A stretch of 26,177 nucleotides of DNA from Candidatus Eiseniibacteriota bacterium (lineage in GTDB: Bacteria; Eisenbacteria; RBG-16-71-46; CAIMUX01; VGJL01), in NCBI GenBank assembly GCA_041946735.1, contig JBHGAY010000044.1, forward strand, positions 1 to 26,177, written 5' to 3'. The notes beneath the pieces were generated by a model. The model searched no databases. It was not told where the DNA came from and saw only the letters and a list, made by a program, of their open reading frames with translations. Both the position numbers and the translations under genes were made by a program. This document shows positions 8,739-18,453 of the stretch, piece after piece (the stretch's first letter is position 1; every line of letters begins with the position of its first letter).

Positions 8739-8942
8739 CTATGTTTGCTCGCGCGGCTCCTCAGGAGTGACGAGCCAGAGCAGGACGTAGGCCAGGATCC
8801 CCGCGCCGAAGGAGAGGGCAAGAACCACCCAGAGCACGCGGACGAGGACCGGATCGATCCCGAGATACTCCGCCATTCCCCCGCAGACGCCGCCGATGAG
8901 GCGATCGGTCCGCGACCGGTACAGACGCTTGCCGGATGCCAT
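8739..8942 (-). CDS. pspC: PspC domain protein
   Basis: KRLYRSRTDRLIGGVCGGMAEYLGIDPVLVR followed by a TM helix ending AYVLLWLVTP. Start reassigned to ATG 8942. Confidence 0.92.
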   Translation of the reverse strand: MASGKRLYRSRTDRLIGGVCGGMAEYLGIDPVLVRVLWVVLALSFGAGILAYVLLWLVTPEEPREQT

Positions 8943-9028
8943 GCGCTGGACGATCCCACAGGGATTGCGGGCGCGCAACGGGACGGTTGGAGGCTGCTCG
9001 GCGCGTTTGGCGGCGGGGCCGGCGCGGC

Positions 9029-9064
9029 CCGGATCGCTCGCCGGCCCGCTCACCGGCCCGCTCA
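9029..9064. repeat. 3 x 12-nt imperfect tandem repeat
   Basis: CCGGATCGCTCG / CCGGCCCGCTCA / CCGGCCCGCTCA in the divergent intergenic region. Confidence 0.6.
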
Positions 9065-9082
9065 GCCGCCGGGCCAGGTCCC

Positions 9083-9112
9083 TTGACCCTCCTCGATCCC
9101 GGTCCGTAGGGT
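9083..9112 (+). promoter_or_regulatory. sigma70-type promoter
   Basis: TTGACC-N18-TAGGGT upstream of ATG 9181. Confidence 0.45.
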
Positions 9113-9180
9113 TGATCGGGAATCGCCCTCCTGCGGTTCGCTCTTCGGTCGTAACTCCGAATCCCGATGAGAGGTTGTCG

Positions 9181-9849
9181 ATGAAGGTCCGACTCCGTTC
9201 GCGGCTGCCGATCCCACTGCTCGTCCTGTTCGCTGCCGTCTCCCTGTTGCTCGCCTCGAACTGCGGGACGGAGATAGGCGGGAAGAAGGACCGGTCCGGG
9301 CGTGAGGAAGCAGCGAAGAAGTCCGAGGCGACGCCTGCGGCCGAGGCGCCCGATCCGGCGCTCCTCGGATTCTCCTACGAGGACTCCACTCTCGGGCTCC
9401 GCTTCTCGCCTCCGCGCGGATGGCCCCCGCTCGAGCCTGAGCTGCTTGCGCAGACGCGCGCCGCGCTGGAGCAGATGATCCGCGAGGACGATCGGTTCGT
9501 CTCGCGTCCGGTCCGCTTCTTCTACGAGAAGGACAAGAGACTCTTCATGATCCTCTCGGAGTTCCCCGACTGGCCGGTCGTCCTCGACCCTCACTCGTCG
9601 ATGGCGGACTACAAGACGCGGCTGCTCTCGACCGTCCAGGGGATTCAGGTGCAGGAGAGCCGGCGCAAGCAGGGCAAGCTCGACATCTATCGCTTCGAGA
9701 TCTCCAACCCGGTGATGGTGGACTGGCGCCTGATGATCCTGCGGAAGGACCGGCCTCCGGTGCAGGTCGACTACCTGGTGCCGAAGGTCGTCTACCCGGC
9801 TGTGCAGGCGGCGATGGAGGCGTCCTCGCGAACGTTCGAGCCGATGTAG
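9181..9849 (+). CDS. Exported hypothetical protein, possible lipoprotein
   Basis: From ATG 9181 (GAGAGG upstream): basic N-terminus, a hydrophobic stretch and then Cys (LLLASNC, non-canonical lipobox). A low-complexity linker and a globular domain follow. Confidence 0.65.
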   Translation: MKVRLRSRLPIPLLVLFAAVSLLLASNCGTEIGGKKDRSGREEAAKKSEATPAAEAPDPALLGFSYEDSTLGLRFSPPRGWPPLEPELLAQTRAALEQMIREDDRFVSRPVRFFYEKDKRLFMILSEFPDWPVVLDPHSSMADYKTRLLSTVQGIQVQESRRKQGKLDIYRFEISNPVMVDWRLMILRKDRPPVQVDYLVPKVVYPAVQAAMEASSRTFEPM

Positions 9850-9893
9850 GCTCTGCCTCCCCTCGATGCTTTGGCTCGGACTCGACTCGGCCT

Positions 9894-10955
9894 TCAGGGA
9901 CGAACCAGGTCGACGATGAGCGGACGGTGATCGGAGCCAACGTCGGGTCCGATCCAGGCGCGGCGCGCCCGCCAGTCCCGGCTCATCAAGACGTGGTCGA
10001 TGCGGGTGCCGACCGAAAGCCGGCGAAGCTCGGCTCGGAATGTCCACCCCAGTCCGAGCCCCGCATCGGAAAAGGCGTTACGGTAGTTGGACCAGTCTCG
10101 GCGATAGATCGTGCTCTCGACGGGCATGTTGAAATCGCCCGCGATCAGCACGTCCATGGAGTCCACACGCACAGCGCCGGCGACCTCTCGAGACACCGCG
10201 CTCCGGTTCGCTGTTTCTTCGACCAGGGTCCCGCGCCTCTTTGGGGCAATCAGGGTGCGTCGATCCAGCACTTCGTCGAGACCGTACCGAGGACTCGGCA
10301 GGTGCACGCAACAGAAGCGCAGGGCGCGTCCCTGATCGGGCAGGTGGATCGTGGCCTGCAACGCGCTCACCCGTGGGTATTTGTGGGGCGGATGCCGCGC
10401 CATCCGGCTCTCGCTCCGCTCGATGGGGTATCGGGACGCGATCAGGAGAGAGCCCTCGGAGATCACGTTCCAGCCTGCTGGCAACGGAACGTGATCGGCC
10501 GGGCATTCCTGGAGGGCGACGACGTCGGGGCGCAGCTCGGGCAACGCTGAGAGCAGGGCATCGAAGGGCTCGTTGCTGGATCGGAGATTGCAGGTGAGCA
10601 CCCGCAGCTCGCCGTCACCGCTACCGTGAAAAGCACGAAGAGGAAGATCGAACCCGAGCAGCGGGCCGACGAGAAGCAGGCCCGTGACCAGCAGGGGCCA
10701 GAGAAGGCGTCGATGGGCAAGGAGGGCGGCTGGGACGAGAAGGGCGAGTGGAAGGCAGAGGATCCACCGTGGTGAGAACATCAGAAGCGTGGCAATCCAG
10801 AAGCGATCGGCCACCATGTGGAGCAGAATGACCAACACGAGAACCGAGATTCCATAGAGCCATACCAACGCGGTCAGCAATGTGCGCCGTCCTCTGCTTC
10901 CTGCCCCTGACTGACCCGTCCCCTCACACTGTCGGCGTGGCCGCGCGTCAGGCAA
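9894..10955 (-). CDS. Membrane-anchored endonuclease/exonuclease/phosphatase (EEP) family protein
   Basis: Three N-terminal TM segments and motifs LTCN, DVVALQE, IAGDFN, RIDHV and GSDHRP. The start (TTG overlapping the upstream stop) is uncertain. Confidence 0.88.
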   Translation of the reverse strand: MPDARPRRQCEGTGQSGAGSRGRRTLLTALVWLYGISVLVLVILLHMVADRFWIATLLMFSPRWILCLPLALLVPAALLAHRRLLWPLLVTGLLLVGPLLGFDLPLRAFHGSGDGELRVLTCNLRSSNEPFDALLSALPELRPDVVALQECPADHVPLPAGWNVISEGSLLIASRYPIERSESRMARHPPHKYPRVSALQATIHLPDQGRALRFCCVHLPSPRYGLDEVLDRRTLIAPKRRGTLVEETANRSAVSREVAGAVRVDSMDVLIAGDFNMPVESTIYRRDWSNYRNAFSDAGLGLGWTFRAELRRLSVGTRIDHVLMSRDWRARRAWIGPDVGSDHRPLIVDLVRP

Positions 10956-11820
10956 CTCGAATCAGATCGGCTGGAGCGCGCAGCTCCGGATGCTCGAGCA
11001 GAAACCCGCGCAACCGCTCGAAGATGTCCGGGGTCCCTTCCACATGATGCGCGATCGAGGTGACCTCCGCGATCTGATCGAGGAGAGCCAGGTCGGCCGC
11101 ATCGACATCCTCGTCCTTCTTCGCGACGATCCCCCAGCAATCCCACGGCAGCACTTCGACGCTGTTCAAGGCGAGCAGATCGCGGACGAGGTCGCCGCGG
11201 ACGAATCCGAGGCCGTGCATGTCGAAGATGCCGAAGCGCGCCGGGTCGACGCGTCGCGACCTGCAGAGCTGCCACGCTTCGCCGCCGCAGAAGAAGCGAT
11301 CGCGCGGAACGTCCAGGGTGTCGAAGTCGAGACCGAGGCGGGACCGCATGAGGGAGTCGATCTGCGCGTCGACGAGCCTCCATCGACCCTCTTCCGGCAT
11401 CCACACCTCGCACAACCAGTGATCCTCGAACCGATCGACCTCGAAGTAGGTCGCGAATCCGCAGCGACAGCGCGCCGGGATCCCGCGTGAGCGGAGGACG
11501 GAGCAGAGGAACAAGGTGAAGTCGCGGCAGGTCCCGAACAGGCGGCGTCCGGCGGGTCGCGTCTGGACGAGCGGCCGGGAGTCCAGGGCGAGCAGGCGAT
11601 CGATCCGCTCCTCGATCGGACGAATCTGAAGCTCGGCTTTCCGCTCTTCGGTCAGCTCGACCTCATATGCCTTCGCCCACCATGCGTGGAGGTTGCAGCC
11701 CTGGATTGCGCGGACGAGCGGCGCAAGCTCCTGGGGTAGCTCGCGGATCAGCCCCGCATGCCGGCCGGGATTCGTGAAGGGTCCGGGGGCCGAATAGAAG
11801 TCCGTTTCTTCCTTCGTCAT
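10948..11820 (-). CDS. Transglutaminase-like (Cys-His-Asp) domain protein
   Basis: Motifs GTCRDF, LRSRGIPARCRCGFA, DHWLCE and WRLVDAQ. Confidence 0.85.
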   Translation of the reverse strand: MTKEETDFYSAPGPFTNPGRHAGLIRELPQELAPLVRAIQGCNLHAWWAKAYEVELTEERKAELQIRPIEERIDRLLALDSRPLVQTRPAGRRLFGTCRDFTLFLCSVLRSRGIPARCRCGFATYFEVDRFEDHWLCEVWMPEEGRWRLVDAQIDSLMRSRLGLDFDTLDVPRDRFFCGGEAWQLCRSRRVDPARFGIFDMHGLGFVRGDLVRDLLALNSVEVLPWDCWGIVAKKDEDVDAADLALLDQIAEVTSIAHHVEGTPDIFERLRGFLLEHPELRAPADLIRVA

Positions 11821-12003
11821 CCTTCTTGATTCTCCAGTAGCGAAGCCTCGAGAGCGAACGCCTGAACGGCCAGTAGCGACGCTCCTTCCACATTTCCTCG
11901 ATGGCCGGCGCAGAATCTACTCCGGATTCCCGAGAAAGGGTACGGTCGGCGAAGCGTCTGTTGCATCGACGCACCGTGGATCACCAAAGGGGCAGGCCGA
12001 CGA

Positions 12004-13605
12004 ATGAATCTCGACGTCTCCCGGGACGCGATCCCTTCGCGATTGTCTACTCGCGAGAGAGCCGTGTTCCCCCGCCTTCTCGCCTGGGCGCGCGTGGACC
12101 CCGCGCGTTCAGGCATGTTCGCCTTCCTCGCCTTTCTCCTCCTCGATGCGATCCTGACGCTGCCGTTCGTCTTCCACGGTCCGGGGGACGGCGAGACGCT
12201 TCGCTACGTCCTGTCGCTCCACGCCTGGCGCAACGGGCTCCAGCCGTTTCACGCCTCGTTCAACGCGGAGCTGTCTGCCGCATACTACGCGCTCGCGCGC
12301 GGCCTGGCCGCTGTCACCGGGACGGATCTGGCCGGCCTTCCCCGCCTGCTGAACCTCCTTTCCTGGGCGGCCGGCGCGCTCGCGAGCGGCTGCCTGTTCC
12401 TCTGGTGGCGGAAATGGTTCGGCGCCGCAGTCGCCGCTCGCCTCACGGCGCTGCTGATCGCGATGCCGGCGTTCTGGTCGCTCCATCTCTACGGCAATCC
12501 GAACATCGTCGGGCTGGCCGCCGGCGCCGCCGCTCTCGCGATCTTCCCGGCGAGCGGATCGCCCCGCTCGGCGCCTCGTCTCGTCGTCTCCTCGCTCCTC
12601 ATACTCGCGGCATTCGTCCTCCGGGCCGACATGCTGCTTCTGGCCCCCGCGGTCCTCCTGTCCGCCTTTCGAGGCCGAGAACGCCCGGCGCTCGTTCCGC
12701 TCCTCCTCATGGGGATCGTGGGGTTCGTTGCCGCGATCGCCGTCCGGAGCTTCTTCGCCGCGCCCACCGGCGCTGCTGGGACCTTCGGGCGCCACCTGTC
12801 GTCGCGCCTCGACCTCGGATCGCTCGGCTGGCCGCGCACGCACCTCCTGGAGATCGCGACGGGGAGCCCGCCCCTCGTCTTCCTGGCCTCACTCGCCGCC
12901 TTCGTGCTCGCACGGCGCCCGGGCAGCGGCGAGTTGCGCCTCACCACCGTGCTCTGGTTCCTGCCTGGGACGGTGTTTCTCTTCTTCGCCCATCTGCACG
13001 TCGTCCGGATCCTGATTCCGCTTCTGCCGGCGCTCCTGCTGCCGCTCGCATTCTGGGCCGCCGGGGACCGCCCGGGACGCGGGCGCCGCGACCTCGCCCT
13101 CGCCGGACTGATCGTCGCCTCGCACCTCGTCATGTTCGCCGTGCCCGAGGCGCTCGACAGGCTTCACCTTCGCGAGAAGGAGCCCCGCCGGGCGTCCCAC
13201 TGGCTCTTCCTCGGAAACGTCGTCGACGACCACCTCTTTCTCGCCCGGCAGGCGCGCGACCAGCTCGAGGACGCACGGGCGCTCGCCCGCCACGCAACGA
13301 CTCCCGATCGTGGCACGCCGCCCGCCCTCGTCCTCTGCAGCGAGAGGAACTTCTACGCCTACGCCTTCCAGCTCGAGCACCCGCGCGCCCGGTTCACGAC
13401 GATCGCGCGCGGGCACGAGTGCTCGGTCCTCGAGGCGAGCGACGAAGCGGGCTCCGTCCTGGGATACATCTTCGACGGGGGGCCGACCCCGACCCCGGAA
13501 CGGCGGCTCGAGGCGCTCGGCTTCGCCTTGCCGGCGCAGATCCTGCGCGCCGCGGACGCCCGGCTTCCCGCCGGCGACCGCCTTCCCAATCCCCTGGGAC
13601 GGTGA
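12004..13605 (+). CDS. Polytopic membrane protein, possibly GT-C-fold glycosyltransferase-like
   Basis: About 10 hydrophobic segments, acidic residues (GDGE) in the loop after the first helix, and a soluble C-terminal domain. An alternative start is ATG 12115. The function is tentative. Confidence 0.55.
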   Translation: MNLDVSRDAIPSRLSTRERAVFPRLLAWARVDPARSGMFAFLAFLLLDAILTLPFVFHGPGDGETLRYVLSLHAWRNGLQPFHASFNAELSAAYYALARGLAAVTGTDLAGLPRLLNLLSWAAGALASGCLFLWWRKWFGAAVAARLTALLIAMPAFWSLHLYGNPNIVGLAAGAAALAIFPASGSPRSAPRLVVSSLLILAAFVLRADMLLLAPAVLLSAFRGRERPALVPLLLMGIVGFVAAIAVRSFFAAPTGAAGTFGRHLSSRLDLGSLGWPRTHLLEIATGSPPLVFLASLAAFVLARRPGSGELRLTTVLWFLPGTVFLFFAHLHVVRILIPLLPALLLPLAFWAAGDRPGRGRRDLALAGLIVASHLVMFAVPEALDRLHLREKEPRRASHWLFLGNVVDDHLFLARQARDQLEDARALARHATTPDRGTPPALVLCSERNFYAYAFQLEHPRARFTTIARGHECSVLEASDEAGSVLGYIFDGGPTPTPERRLEALGFALPAQILRAADARLPAGDRLPNPLGR

Positions 13606-13690
13606 AAATCCGGACGCAACGCTTTCTCGTCCCGGGCCGCTGCAGATCGTATGATCCCAGAATGCCCGTTCGAGAGAAGGAGAGCCGCGC

Positions 13691-16600
13691 TTGATCCTGC
13701 TGCATGCCGGGAGGATCGACCCGTGGCTCGTATTGTGGGGCGAGACGCCCTATGGGCCGGAGCCTCCGGCGGCCAGCGAAGAAGAGGCGACCGAGGAAGG
13801 GGGAGCCGCCGGCCCGGCAGCCGCACAACACGGCGCAACGACCGGGCAACTCGTGCGCGCGATCCTCGATGCTCCCGTGGGGATCGCCGTCGCGGCGCGC
13901 GACGTCCGGACGATGCGGGCGTGGCTCCCGGCGATGGCGGCCGGCCGGCCGGTCCCTTCGAGCCCGCTGATCGGACAGCTTCCGCGCGGGATGACCGGCC
14001 GCCATTCCGCGGCGGCGACCGGCCGCCAAGCCGCCACCGCTCGCTTCTCGATCGAGCCGTTCTTCGTCCGCGGCTGCCCTCTGCCGCTCTCCGAGGCGGT
14101 GACACTGCTGTGCGCCTGCACGGGCACGCGCACCCTCGCTCCGGGGATCGTCATCGGCGCCGACCTCGCCTGGTGGGCCGAGATCGTCCGCTTCGCCGGC
14201 GCGCTCGTCGCACGCCAGCAGTTCCTCCCCGGCCTGGTGCTGGACGGCGGTGAGGCCCGCGCCATCTGGGACCCGATCCTCGATCCGGACGATTCGGCCC
14301 GCCTCTCCGCGCTCACCGAGCGCATGCCGGGATCGGCGCGCGCCTTGTCGCTGAAGAGCGCCGCACGGCCGCCTCGCTCGCCGGCGTCGGAGCATGCCAG
14401 CGCGTTCCTCGCGGCGAGCGTCGACCATCTCGTCCGGACGGCGGTCTCGATCGATAGCTTCCTGCCGCCGGTGCGGCCCTACGAGCAGACGGCGCCGCGG
14501 ACCAAGCGCGCCGAGACGGTCCACGATCGGTGGCTGCAGGCGCTGCGATCGTCCGATCCGCGGGTCGAGGGCGAGCCGGACGACCTGCAGGACCTCGCCG
14601 CCCGCGTGCGCGAGTGGCGCAGGCCGATCGATCTGACGACGGGCTCCCCGATCCGGCTGTGCTTCCGGCTCGACGAGCCGCCGCGACCGGAGCCGGAGCC
14701 GGAGGCGCACGCGGAGCCGGAGGCGCACGCGGAGGCGGAGCCGCAGGAGGCCGAGGCCGCCGGAGCGGGGCCCGAGGCTGCCGCAGCCGAGCCCGCGTCG
14801 GAGCCCGGGCCGGAGGACGGCGCGTCCGCTGCCGCCCCCACCTCGGCGCCCTCCGAGGCCGAGTCGATCCCGCTGGAAGGTCCCTGGAGCGTCCGCTACC
14901 TCGTCCAGCCGAGGGAGGAGCCGAGCCTCCTGCTACCGCTCTCCGAGGTCTGGAAGGCACGGGGGAAGAAGGCGGCTGTCCTCGCCGCGCGCGGGATCGA
15001 CGCTCGAGAGGCGGTGCTTGCGGCGCTCGGGCAGGCGGCCGCGATCAGTCCGCCGATCGCCGGGAGCCTGGAGGCGCCCGAGCCGGTCGGGTTCGAGACG
15101 GACCTGGCCGGGGCGCATCAGTTCCTGACCGAGACGGCTCCACTTCTCGAGGAGGCGGGGTTCGGCGTCCTGCTCCCGGCATGGTGGACGGGAAGAGGCA
15201 CGCGGGCGCGCCTGTCGATGCGGGCGCACGTGAGCAGTCCGCCGGCACCCACCGGAGGCGGGATCTCGCTCGACCAGATCCTCGGCTTCCGCTGGGAGGT
15301 CGCGCTCGGCGGCGTGTCGCTCGATCCGCGCGAACTCGAGGCGCTTGCGTCCCTCAAGGCGCCGCTCGTTCGCCTGCGCGGGCAGTGGGTGGAAGTCAAT
15401 CCGGACGAGATCCGCCGGGCGATCGAGCTGTGGAGGCGCAACGAGGGCGGCAAGGCGACGCTCCGCGACGTGGTCCGGATGTCCGTGGGAGCGGCAGCGG
15501 CGTTGGGCGGCGACGGCGGAGCGGCGGGCTCGAGCGCAGCCGCCGACTCCGAGACGCTCGAGGCGGAGGCGAGCGTGGCGGCGGAGGGATGGGTGGCCAG
15601 CCTCCTGGCGAGCCTGAACGGCGAGGAGACGTTCGCCGAGTTCTCGCCGCCGGAGCGCTTCATCGGCACGCTCCGGCCGTATCAGGTCCGCGGCTTCTCG
15701 TGGCTCGGATTCCTGACCCGATGGGGGCTCGGCGCCTGCCTGGCGGATGACATGGGCCTCGGCAAGACGGTGCAGACGCTCGCGCTCATCCAGAGGCTGC
15801 GCAGCGAGGGGGAGCGACGGCCGTTCCTGCTCGTCTGTCCGACTTCCGTGGTGGCGAACTGGCGCAAGGAGGCGGAGCGCTTCACCCCCGATCTTCCGGT
15901 ACTGGTCCACCACGGGATCGAGCGGCGCAAGGGGGCGGCGTTTCGCGAGGAGGCATCGCGGCAGGCGATGGTGCTGTCGAGCTACGCGCTCCTCCATCGC
16001 GACCTCGAGTTCCTGCTCGACGTGCGCTGGGCGGGGATCGTCCTCGACGAGGCGCAGAACATCAAGAACGCCGAGACGAAGCAGGCGCGGGCCGCACGCA
16101 CGGTGCGGGCCGATTGCCGGATCGCGCTGACCGGCACGCCGGTCGAGAACCACGTCGCCGATCTGTGGTCGATCATGGAGTTCCTAAATCCCGGGCTGCT
16201 CGGCACGCAGCGGGACTTCCGGCGCCGCTTCTTCGTCCCGATCCAGGCGGCGCGGGACCGCGAGGCGATGGAGCGGCTGCGCAGGATCACGCGCCCCTTC
16301 GTCCTGCGACGCGAGAAGACCGACCCGACGGTGATCACCGACCTTCCCGAGAAGCTCGAGATGAAGATCTTCTGCCGGCTGACGAAGGAGCAGGCGTCGC
16401 TGTACCAGGCGGTCGTGCGCGAGGCGGAGCGCGATCTGCGCGGCGCCGAGGGGATCCGGCGGCGCGGGGTGATCCTGGCGACGCTCTCGAAGCTCAAGCA
16501 GGTGTGCAACCATCCGGCGCACTTCCTCGGCGATGGCTCGCAGCTCGACGGGCGATCCGGCAAGCTCGCCCGCCTCGTCGAGATGATCGAGGAGCTGCTC

Positions 16601-17101
16601 GACGTCGGCGACGCGGCGCTCGTCTTCACGCAGTTCGCCGAGATGGGGGCGTTGCTGCAGCGCTTCCTCGAGGAGAGCTTCGGCCGGGAGGTCCTCTTCC
16701 TCCACGGCGGCGTCGTGCGGCAGCATCGCGAAAGGATGGTGGAACGCTTCCAGTCGGGGGATGCCGAGGCGCCCCGCATCTTCGTCCTGTCGCTCAAGGC
16801 CGGCGGCACCGGGCTCAATCTGATGCGAGCGAACCATGTCTTTCATTTCGACCGATGGTGGAATCCGGCGGTGGAGAATCAGGCGACCGACCGCGCCTTT
16901 CGGATCGGGCAGACGCGTAATGTGCAGGTGCACAAGTTCGTCTGCGTCGGGACGGTCGAGGAAGCGATCGACACGATGATCGAGAGCAAGAAGGAGGTCG
17001 CGGCGCAGGTGGTGGGCGCGGGCGAGGGATGGCTGACCGAGCTGTCGAACTCAGAGCTGCGCAAGATCCTCGCTCTGCGCCCCGACGCGGTGGAGGAGTA
17101 G
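13691..17101 (+). CDS. SNF2-family ATPase/helicase (DUF3670-type)
   Basis: Motifs LRPYQ, LADDMGLGKT, DEAQNIKN, ALTGTPVEN, SLKAGGTGLNL and DRWWNPAVENQATDRAFRIGQ. TTG start with AAGGAG RBS. Confidence 0.95.
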   Translation: MILLHAGRIDPWLVLWGETPYGPEPPAASEEEATEEGGAAGPAAAQHGATTGQLVRAILDAPVGIAVAARDVRTMRAWLPAMAAGRPVPSSPLIGQLPRGMTGRHSAAATGRQAATARFSIEPFFVRGCPLPLSEAVTLLCACTGTRTLAPGIVIGADLAWWAEIVRFAGALVARQQFLPGLVLDGGEARAIWDPILDPDDSARLSALTERMPGSARALSLKSAARPPRSPASEHASAFLAASVDHLVRTAVSIDSFLPPVRPYEQTAPRTKRAETVHDRWLQALRSSDPRVEGEPDDLQDLAARVREWRRPIDLTTGSPIRLCFRLDEPPRPEPEPEAHAEPEAHAEAEPQEAEAAGAGPEAAAAEPASEPGPEDGASAAAPTSAPSEAESIPLEGPWSVRYLVQPREEPSLLLPLSEVWKARGKKAAVLAARGIDAREAVLAALGQAAAISPPIAGSLEAPEPVGFETDLAGAHQFLTETAPLLEEAGFGVLLPAWWTGRGTRARLSMRAHVSSPPAPTGGGISLDQILGFRWEVALGGVSLDPRELEALASLKAPLVRLRGQWVEVNPDEIRRAIELWRRNEGGKATLRDVVRMSVGAAAALGGDGGAAGSSAAADSETLEAEASVAAEGWVASLLASLNGEETFAEFSPPERFIGTLRPYQVRGFSWLGFLTRWGLGACLADDMGLGKTVQTLALIQRLRSEGERRPFLLVCPTSVVANWRKEAERFTPDLPVLVHHGIERRKGAAFREEASRQAMVLSSYALLHRDLEFLLDVRWAGIVLDEAQNIKNAETKQARAARTVRADCRIALTGTPVENHVADLWSIMEFLNPGLLGTQRDFRRRFFVPIQAARDREAMERLRRITRPFVLRREKTDPTVITDLPEKLEMKIFCRLTKEQASLYQAVVREAERDLRGAEGIRRRGVILATLSKLKQVCNHPAHFLGDGSQLDGRSGKLARLVEMIEELLDVGDAALVFTQFAEMGALLQRFLEESFGREVLFLHGGVVRQHRERMVERFQSGDAEAPRIFVLSLKAGGTGLNLMRANHVFHFDRWWNPAVENQATDRAFRIGQTRNVQVHKFVCVGTVEEAIDTMIESKKEVAAQVVGAGEGWLTELSNSELRKILALRPDAVEE
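14696..14731 (+). repeat. In-frame 18-bp tandem duplication (EPEAHA x2) in an acidic Pro/Ala linker
   Basis: GAGCCGGAGGCGCACGCG occurs twice, exactly. Confidence 0.85.
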
Positions 17102-17139
17102 CCGGCATGGCGGGAGCGGGGGAGGGAGGCACGTAGGCG

Positions 17140-18219
17140 ATGCCGCGACGGGGAGGAAGCGGACGGCGGCCCCCGGGCCGCGCGGTGGGACCCGAGCCGG
17201 GGATGGGCGGCTCGAGCGGTGGGTGGCGCCGGCCGAACGCGCCGCGCCCGGTCGACGGCGGCATCCGCGCCGAGTCGCGCCGAGGCGACTTCGCGGGCTC
17301 CTGGTGGGCCCGTCGCTGGATCGAAGCGCTGGAAGGCTCAGGCGTCGGGGCGCGGCTGACGCGCGGGCGCTCGTACGCGCGGCGCGGGCAGGTCGCCGAG
17401 ATCCGAATCAGCCGGGGGGTGGTGAACGCCCGCGTGCAGGGATCGCGGGTGCAGCCGTACATCGTGAAGATCCGGGTGCGCGCCTTGCGAGCCCCCGAAT
17501 GGAGCGCCGTCGTCGATGCGCTGGGACGCAAGGCCGCCTTCGCGGCGCGGCTCCTGGCCGGCGAGATGCCCCAGGAGATCGAGGAAGCCTTCCACGAGGC
17601 CGGCTCCTCGCTCTTCCCGAGCCGGCGCGAAGACCTGCGGACTGAGTGCTCCTGCCCTGATTTGGTCAATCCGTGCAAGCACATCGCCGCGGTCTTCTAC
17701 CTGATCGGCGAGGAGTTCGACCGCGACCCGTTCCTCATCTTCCGACTGCGAGGGATGGAGCGGGAAGCGCTGCTCGCGCGGATTGCGGGCGGGGGCACCC
17801 GGACGGTCGACGCCCAAGCGCAGCAGCCCCCGACTCCCTCCCTGCCCGCCGGATCGTCCCCGTCTCCCGACTCCCTGCCGACCGATCCGCGCTCGTTCTG
17901 GGGCCATCTCGAGGACGCGCCGGCGGAGTCCGCGATGGCGGTTCGCCCGCCGCGGACGCCGGGCGCGCACGTGAGGCGCCTCGGCAAGTTCCCCTTCTGG
18001 CGCGGCAAGGAGAGCCTCCTCGGGGCGCTGGAGGCGGTGTACCGGGCCGCTTCGCCGGTCGGTCTCGCTGTCTACCTGGGCGAGGAGACGGAGTCGGAGA
18101 TCGGACGGCGGCAGCACGACGTCGATCTCGACGAAGAAGGGGAGGCCGACGGCGGTCTGGACGGCGAGGACCGGCCCGATCCGGCCCGACCGACGACGCG
18201 ACGACGTCGAGGAGCGTAG
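17140..18219 (+). CDS. SWIM zinc-finger protein
   Basis: Motifs CSCPDLVNPCKH (CxC-xn-CxH), RLTRGRSYARRG and DPFLIFRLRG. It lies directly downstream of the SNF2 gene. Confidence 0.92.
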   Translation: MPRRGGSGRRPPGRAVGPEPGMGGSSGGWRRPNAPRPVDGGIRAESRRGDFAGSWWARRWIEALEGSGVGARLTRGRSYARRGQVAEIRISRGVVNARVQGSRVQPYIVKIRVRALRAPEWSAVVDALGRKAAFAARLLAGEMPQEIEEAFHEAGSSLFPSRREDLRTECSCPDLVNPCKHIAAVFYLIGEEFDRDPFLIFRLRGMEREALLARIAGGGTRTVDAQAQQPPTPSLPAGSSPSPDSLPTDPRSFWGHLEDAPAESAMAVRPPRTPGAHVRRLGKFPFWRGKESLLGALEAVYRAASPVGLAVYLGEETESEIGRRQHDVDLDEEGEADGGLDGEDRPDPARPTTRRRRGA

Positions 18220-18386
18220 GCCGGCGCAGCCCTCTGCACTGCCGGCACTCCTGGGTAGCTGTCTGGCCAGGGCGACAGAGTCGAGCGGCACATTCCGCCA
18301 ATGACGATGATGCTCCCCGTCTCACGCAGATCTATCTCCGTTTGGCGTACGGAAATGCGAGATAGTGAATCTCCTATCGATCTGAG

Positions 18387-18402
18387 TGGCGCGAAGCCTG
18401 CT
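18387..18402 (+). promoter_or_regulatory. sigma-54 (-24/-12) promoter
   Basis: TGGCGCGAAGCCTGCT with exact GG-N10-GC spacing, about 50 nt upstream of ATG 18454. Confidence 0.6.
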
Positions 18403-18453
18403 TGGCCCTCGTCGGCCGATCGAACGCTCGACGGATCCCAAGGAGGTGCTCGC

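Noticed and set aside
8346..8959. ORF-track calls 8346-8612 (-), 8405-8725 (+) and 8609-8959 (-)
   Set aside because: These are better explained by the Rdx selenoprotein (8417-8641) and pspC (8739-8942).
17107..17136. 9-codon ORF (MAGAGEGGT) in frame with the SWIM gene and ending in TAG, suggesting readthrough
   Set aside because: The peptide is low-complexity with no sign of conserved function, and ATG 17140 has its own GGAGG RBS.
18343..18358. TGGCGTACGGAAATGC as a second sigma-54 promoter
   Set aside because: The spacing is 11 nt. The site at 18387 fits the consensus.
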